The notes under the pieces are model-generated. The model worked only from the letters and a program-made list of their open reading frames with translations. It was not told the origin of the DNA and did no database searches. 64,000 nt of DNA from Promethearchaeota archaeon (GTDB taxonomy: Archaea > Asgardarchaeota > Lokiarchaeia > Sigyniarchaeales > SOKP01): positions 75,211-139,210 of the forward strand of contig JAEOTA010000022.1 in the NCBI GenBank assembly GCA_016840085.1, read 5' to 3'. Below are positions 61,989-64,000 of this stretch, piece by piece (position 1 is the stretch's first letter; each line of letters starts with the position of its first letter). The position numbers and the translations under genes were made by a program.

Positions 61989-63557
61989 CTAAATTTTCTC
62001 TAGTACCATTCCACCTAATGTTACAGGTCCTCCTGATGCATTATATATCTTTTCTGCTTTTTTTAATTTAGATTGACTATGAGAATAAACTCGAAAAATA
62101 AGATCTCCCTCCTTTAATCTTGCACCTTGTTTTTTTATGATTTCTACACCCGAACTTTTGGAATTAGGACATCCTACTGCTTTTGCAATTTGATTTATTA
62201 TCGAATTTTTTACCTCAACAATATAACCTTCTTTAGTAGCAAAAAATTCTTTTATATGAGGCCCTAACTTAATATCATCTGGTTTAATCTCCGGATTTCC
62301 TCCTTGGATTTTAATAATACTTTTCATTTTTTCATAAGCTTTACCAGTTCTCAATATCTCTTTCGCTAAGTTCTGACCTGATCCTTTTTGAGCTTTACCA
62401 CCCATCTCTAATAGCATGCCTGCTAAATCAGTAGATTTTTCGATTAAGGAATTTGGACCTGCAGAATAATCCATTAGCAATGTTAATGCTTCCTTTGCCT
62501 CGATAGCAGGTCCAATAGCATGACCTATTGGTTGATGAGCTAATGTTAACGCACATTCTGCTTCAATTCCTACATTAGCAGCAATTTCTTTAAATAAATA
62601 AGCAAATTGTTTTCCATTATCTGAAGTAGGAAATTTTGTTCCAGCACCAACAGGTATATCAAGAACTAGTTTTTTCACTCCCAGAGAAAGTTTTTTAGTT
62701 AAAATTGAAGGGATCATAAGACCTACCGGATCCATATGTAAGGGTCGTTCTATTTCAATTAGCACGTTATCTGCAGGTGCTGTTTCAAGAGCTCCACCCC
62801 AAATTATACAAGCTTTTTCTTTATTTACAATATCATTTAATTCTTCTGGAGTAAATGCAACGGGAGCTAAAACTTCCATAGAATCTGCTGTTCCTGACGG
62901 TGAAGTTATTGCTCTAGTAGAAGATTTGGGTATAACTAAACCCGCAGCAGCTACAATTGGGACAATAATCAAGGAGACTTTATTTCCTGGAACGCCACCT
63001 TTTAACAAAATTTACTAGATGTAAATTTTTGTGCTATGTTTATCATAAACATCCATTCCGAAATAAAATATCTCACCACTCCTAGTTTCAGCTAGAGTTA
63101 GAGCTGTCATCTCCTCGTTATCCATTCCGTTGATTGAGACACCTGTAATAAATGCTGCTAGATCTATACGAGATAGAGATCCAGAAACCGCGTCATTAAT
63201 TATACTAGAGATCTCTTCACTAGATAATTTTAGTCCTCTAATTTTTTTTTGTATAAATTTAAATGAATCAGGAGGATCTGCTGGTTTTACAGAAAGCATC
63301 GTATTTTCATTTAAATCCTTTTTCTCTCTTAAAATATCTAAAAATATTCCAATTTCACCAGATTGTACGATAGAATCCGAATAATCAATTTGTATAATTG
63401 CTACCCAATATTTTTCTTCTATAGATTTTGATTTTAAATTTTTAATATATAAGCGTTCTCCCGCTTTTTGTCCTAGTTCCTGAGCATCCTTAATATTTAA
63501 CACAACATCTTTGGTGTTTCCTGTCTCGAAATTAATACTTTTTACTTTAAGCTTCAT
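61989..63557 (-). CDS. deoA: AMP phosphorylase (thymidine phosphorylase family), join(63557..63031,63000..61989), 512 aa after removing the 30-nt insert
   Basis: Both track ORFs are in the same frame; the joined protein reads VYDKHSTGGVPGNK...KSSTRAITSPSGTADSMEVLA. Confidence 0.88.
63001..63030 (-). other. Candidate bulge-helix-bulge mRNA intron (30 nt)
   Basis: UAGC-[AC^A]-AAAAUUUAC-AUCUA-GUAAAUUUU-GUUA-[AA^A]-GGU; contains in-frame UAG UAA. Confidence 0.8.
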
Positions 63558-63678
63558 AATTATAATCTGATTTTATGATATATGAGTATTTTTAATTTCC
63601 CTTCATTATTAATTTTCTTTTATCAAATATAAATCTTCAGTCTCTTTTCTTTTAAATCTGACACTTTCCTTCAATATA

Positions 63679-64000
63679 ATGGGAATGAGGCTGACAGAAC
63701 AGATTCAATTAAAGAACACTCCACAATTATCTTATCTATGTCACTTGTCCAAAAATCTCTATAATCTTACCAATTATTATGTAAGACAAGAGTTTTTTTA
63801 TTTAGGAAATTGGTTGAGATATTACGATTTATGGTATATGCTAAAAGAGAAAGAATTGTATAAAAAGCTCCCCTCACAAACTGCTCAACAAACTTTAAAA
63901 CTCGTGGATAAGAATTGGAAATCATTTTTCCAATCTTTTAAAACCTATAAAAAGCATCCAGAGAACTATTTAGGAGCTCCAAAACCGCCACGTTACAAAA
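63679..64000 (+). mobile_element. tnpB: IS200/IS605-family TnpB, 5' part (runs off the window end)
   Basis: Translated by hand: MGMRLTEQIQL...LCHLSKNLYNLTNYYVRQEFF...YKKLPSQTAQQTLKLVDKNWKSFF...PKPPRYK; no tnpA upstream. Confidence 0.88.

Noticed and set aside
61989-63557. AMP phosphorylase as two genes, a frameshift, or stop-codon readthrough
   Set aside because: The halves are in the same frame, and two consecutive stops plus 10 extra codons sit inside an invariant motif. Precise excision explains this better, though a pseudogene is not fully excluded.

Overview
AT-rich archaeal chromosome segment whose gene content points to an Asgard archaeon, most likely Lokiarchaeia (inference). Evidence: Rag/Arf-like and longin-fused small GTPases, a gelsolin-domain protein, eS25, a Bud23-like methyltransferase, HEAT+LRR paralogues and IPxY-type C-terminal anchors. 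The window holds about 45 CDS, including a galactoside/sulfatase catabolic block, hisG-hisD-hisC, DNA ligase, a form IV RuBisCO-like protein, a VTC-DUF4956-CotH triad, AOR plus ferredoxin and the start of an IS200/IS605-family tnpB, as well as one intron-containing tRNA-Ser(CGA). Top finding: the AMP phosphorylase gene is split by a 30-nt stop-containing insert (63001-63030) inside its DKHS-T-GG motif. The insert folds into a bulge-helix-bulge (BHB) structure whose canonical cut sites restore the motif exactly, so it is a candidate tRNA-type intron in an Asgard mRNA. Second finding: a duplicated, translationally coupled pair (about 1,430-aa single-pass surface protein plus about 370-aa longin/winged-helix protein) flanks a longin-GTPase and may be a receptor-adaptor-GTPase signalling module. 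All family assignments come from motif recognition by eye; no searches were run.
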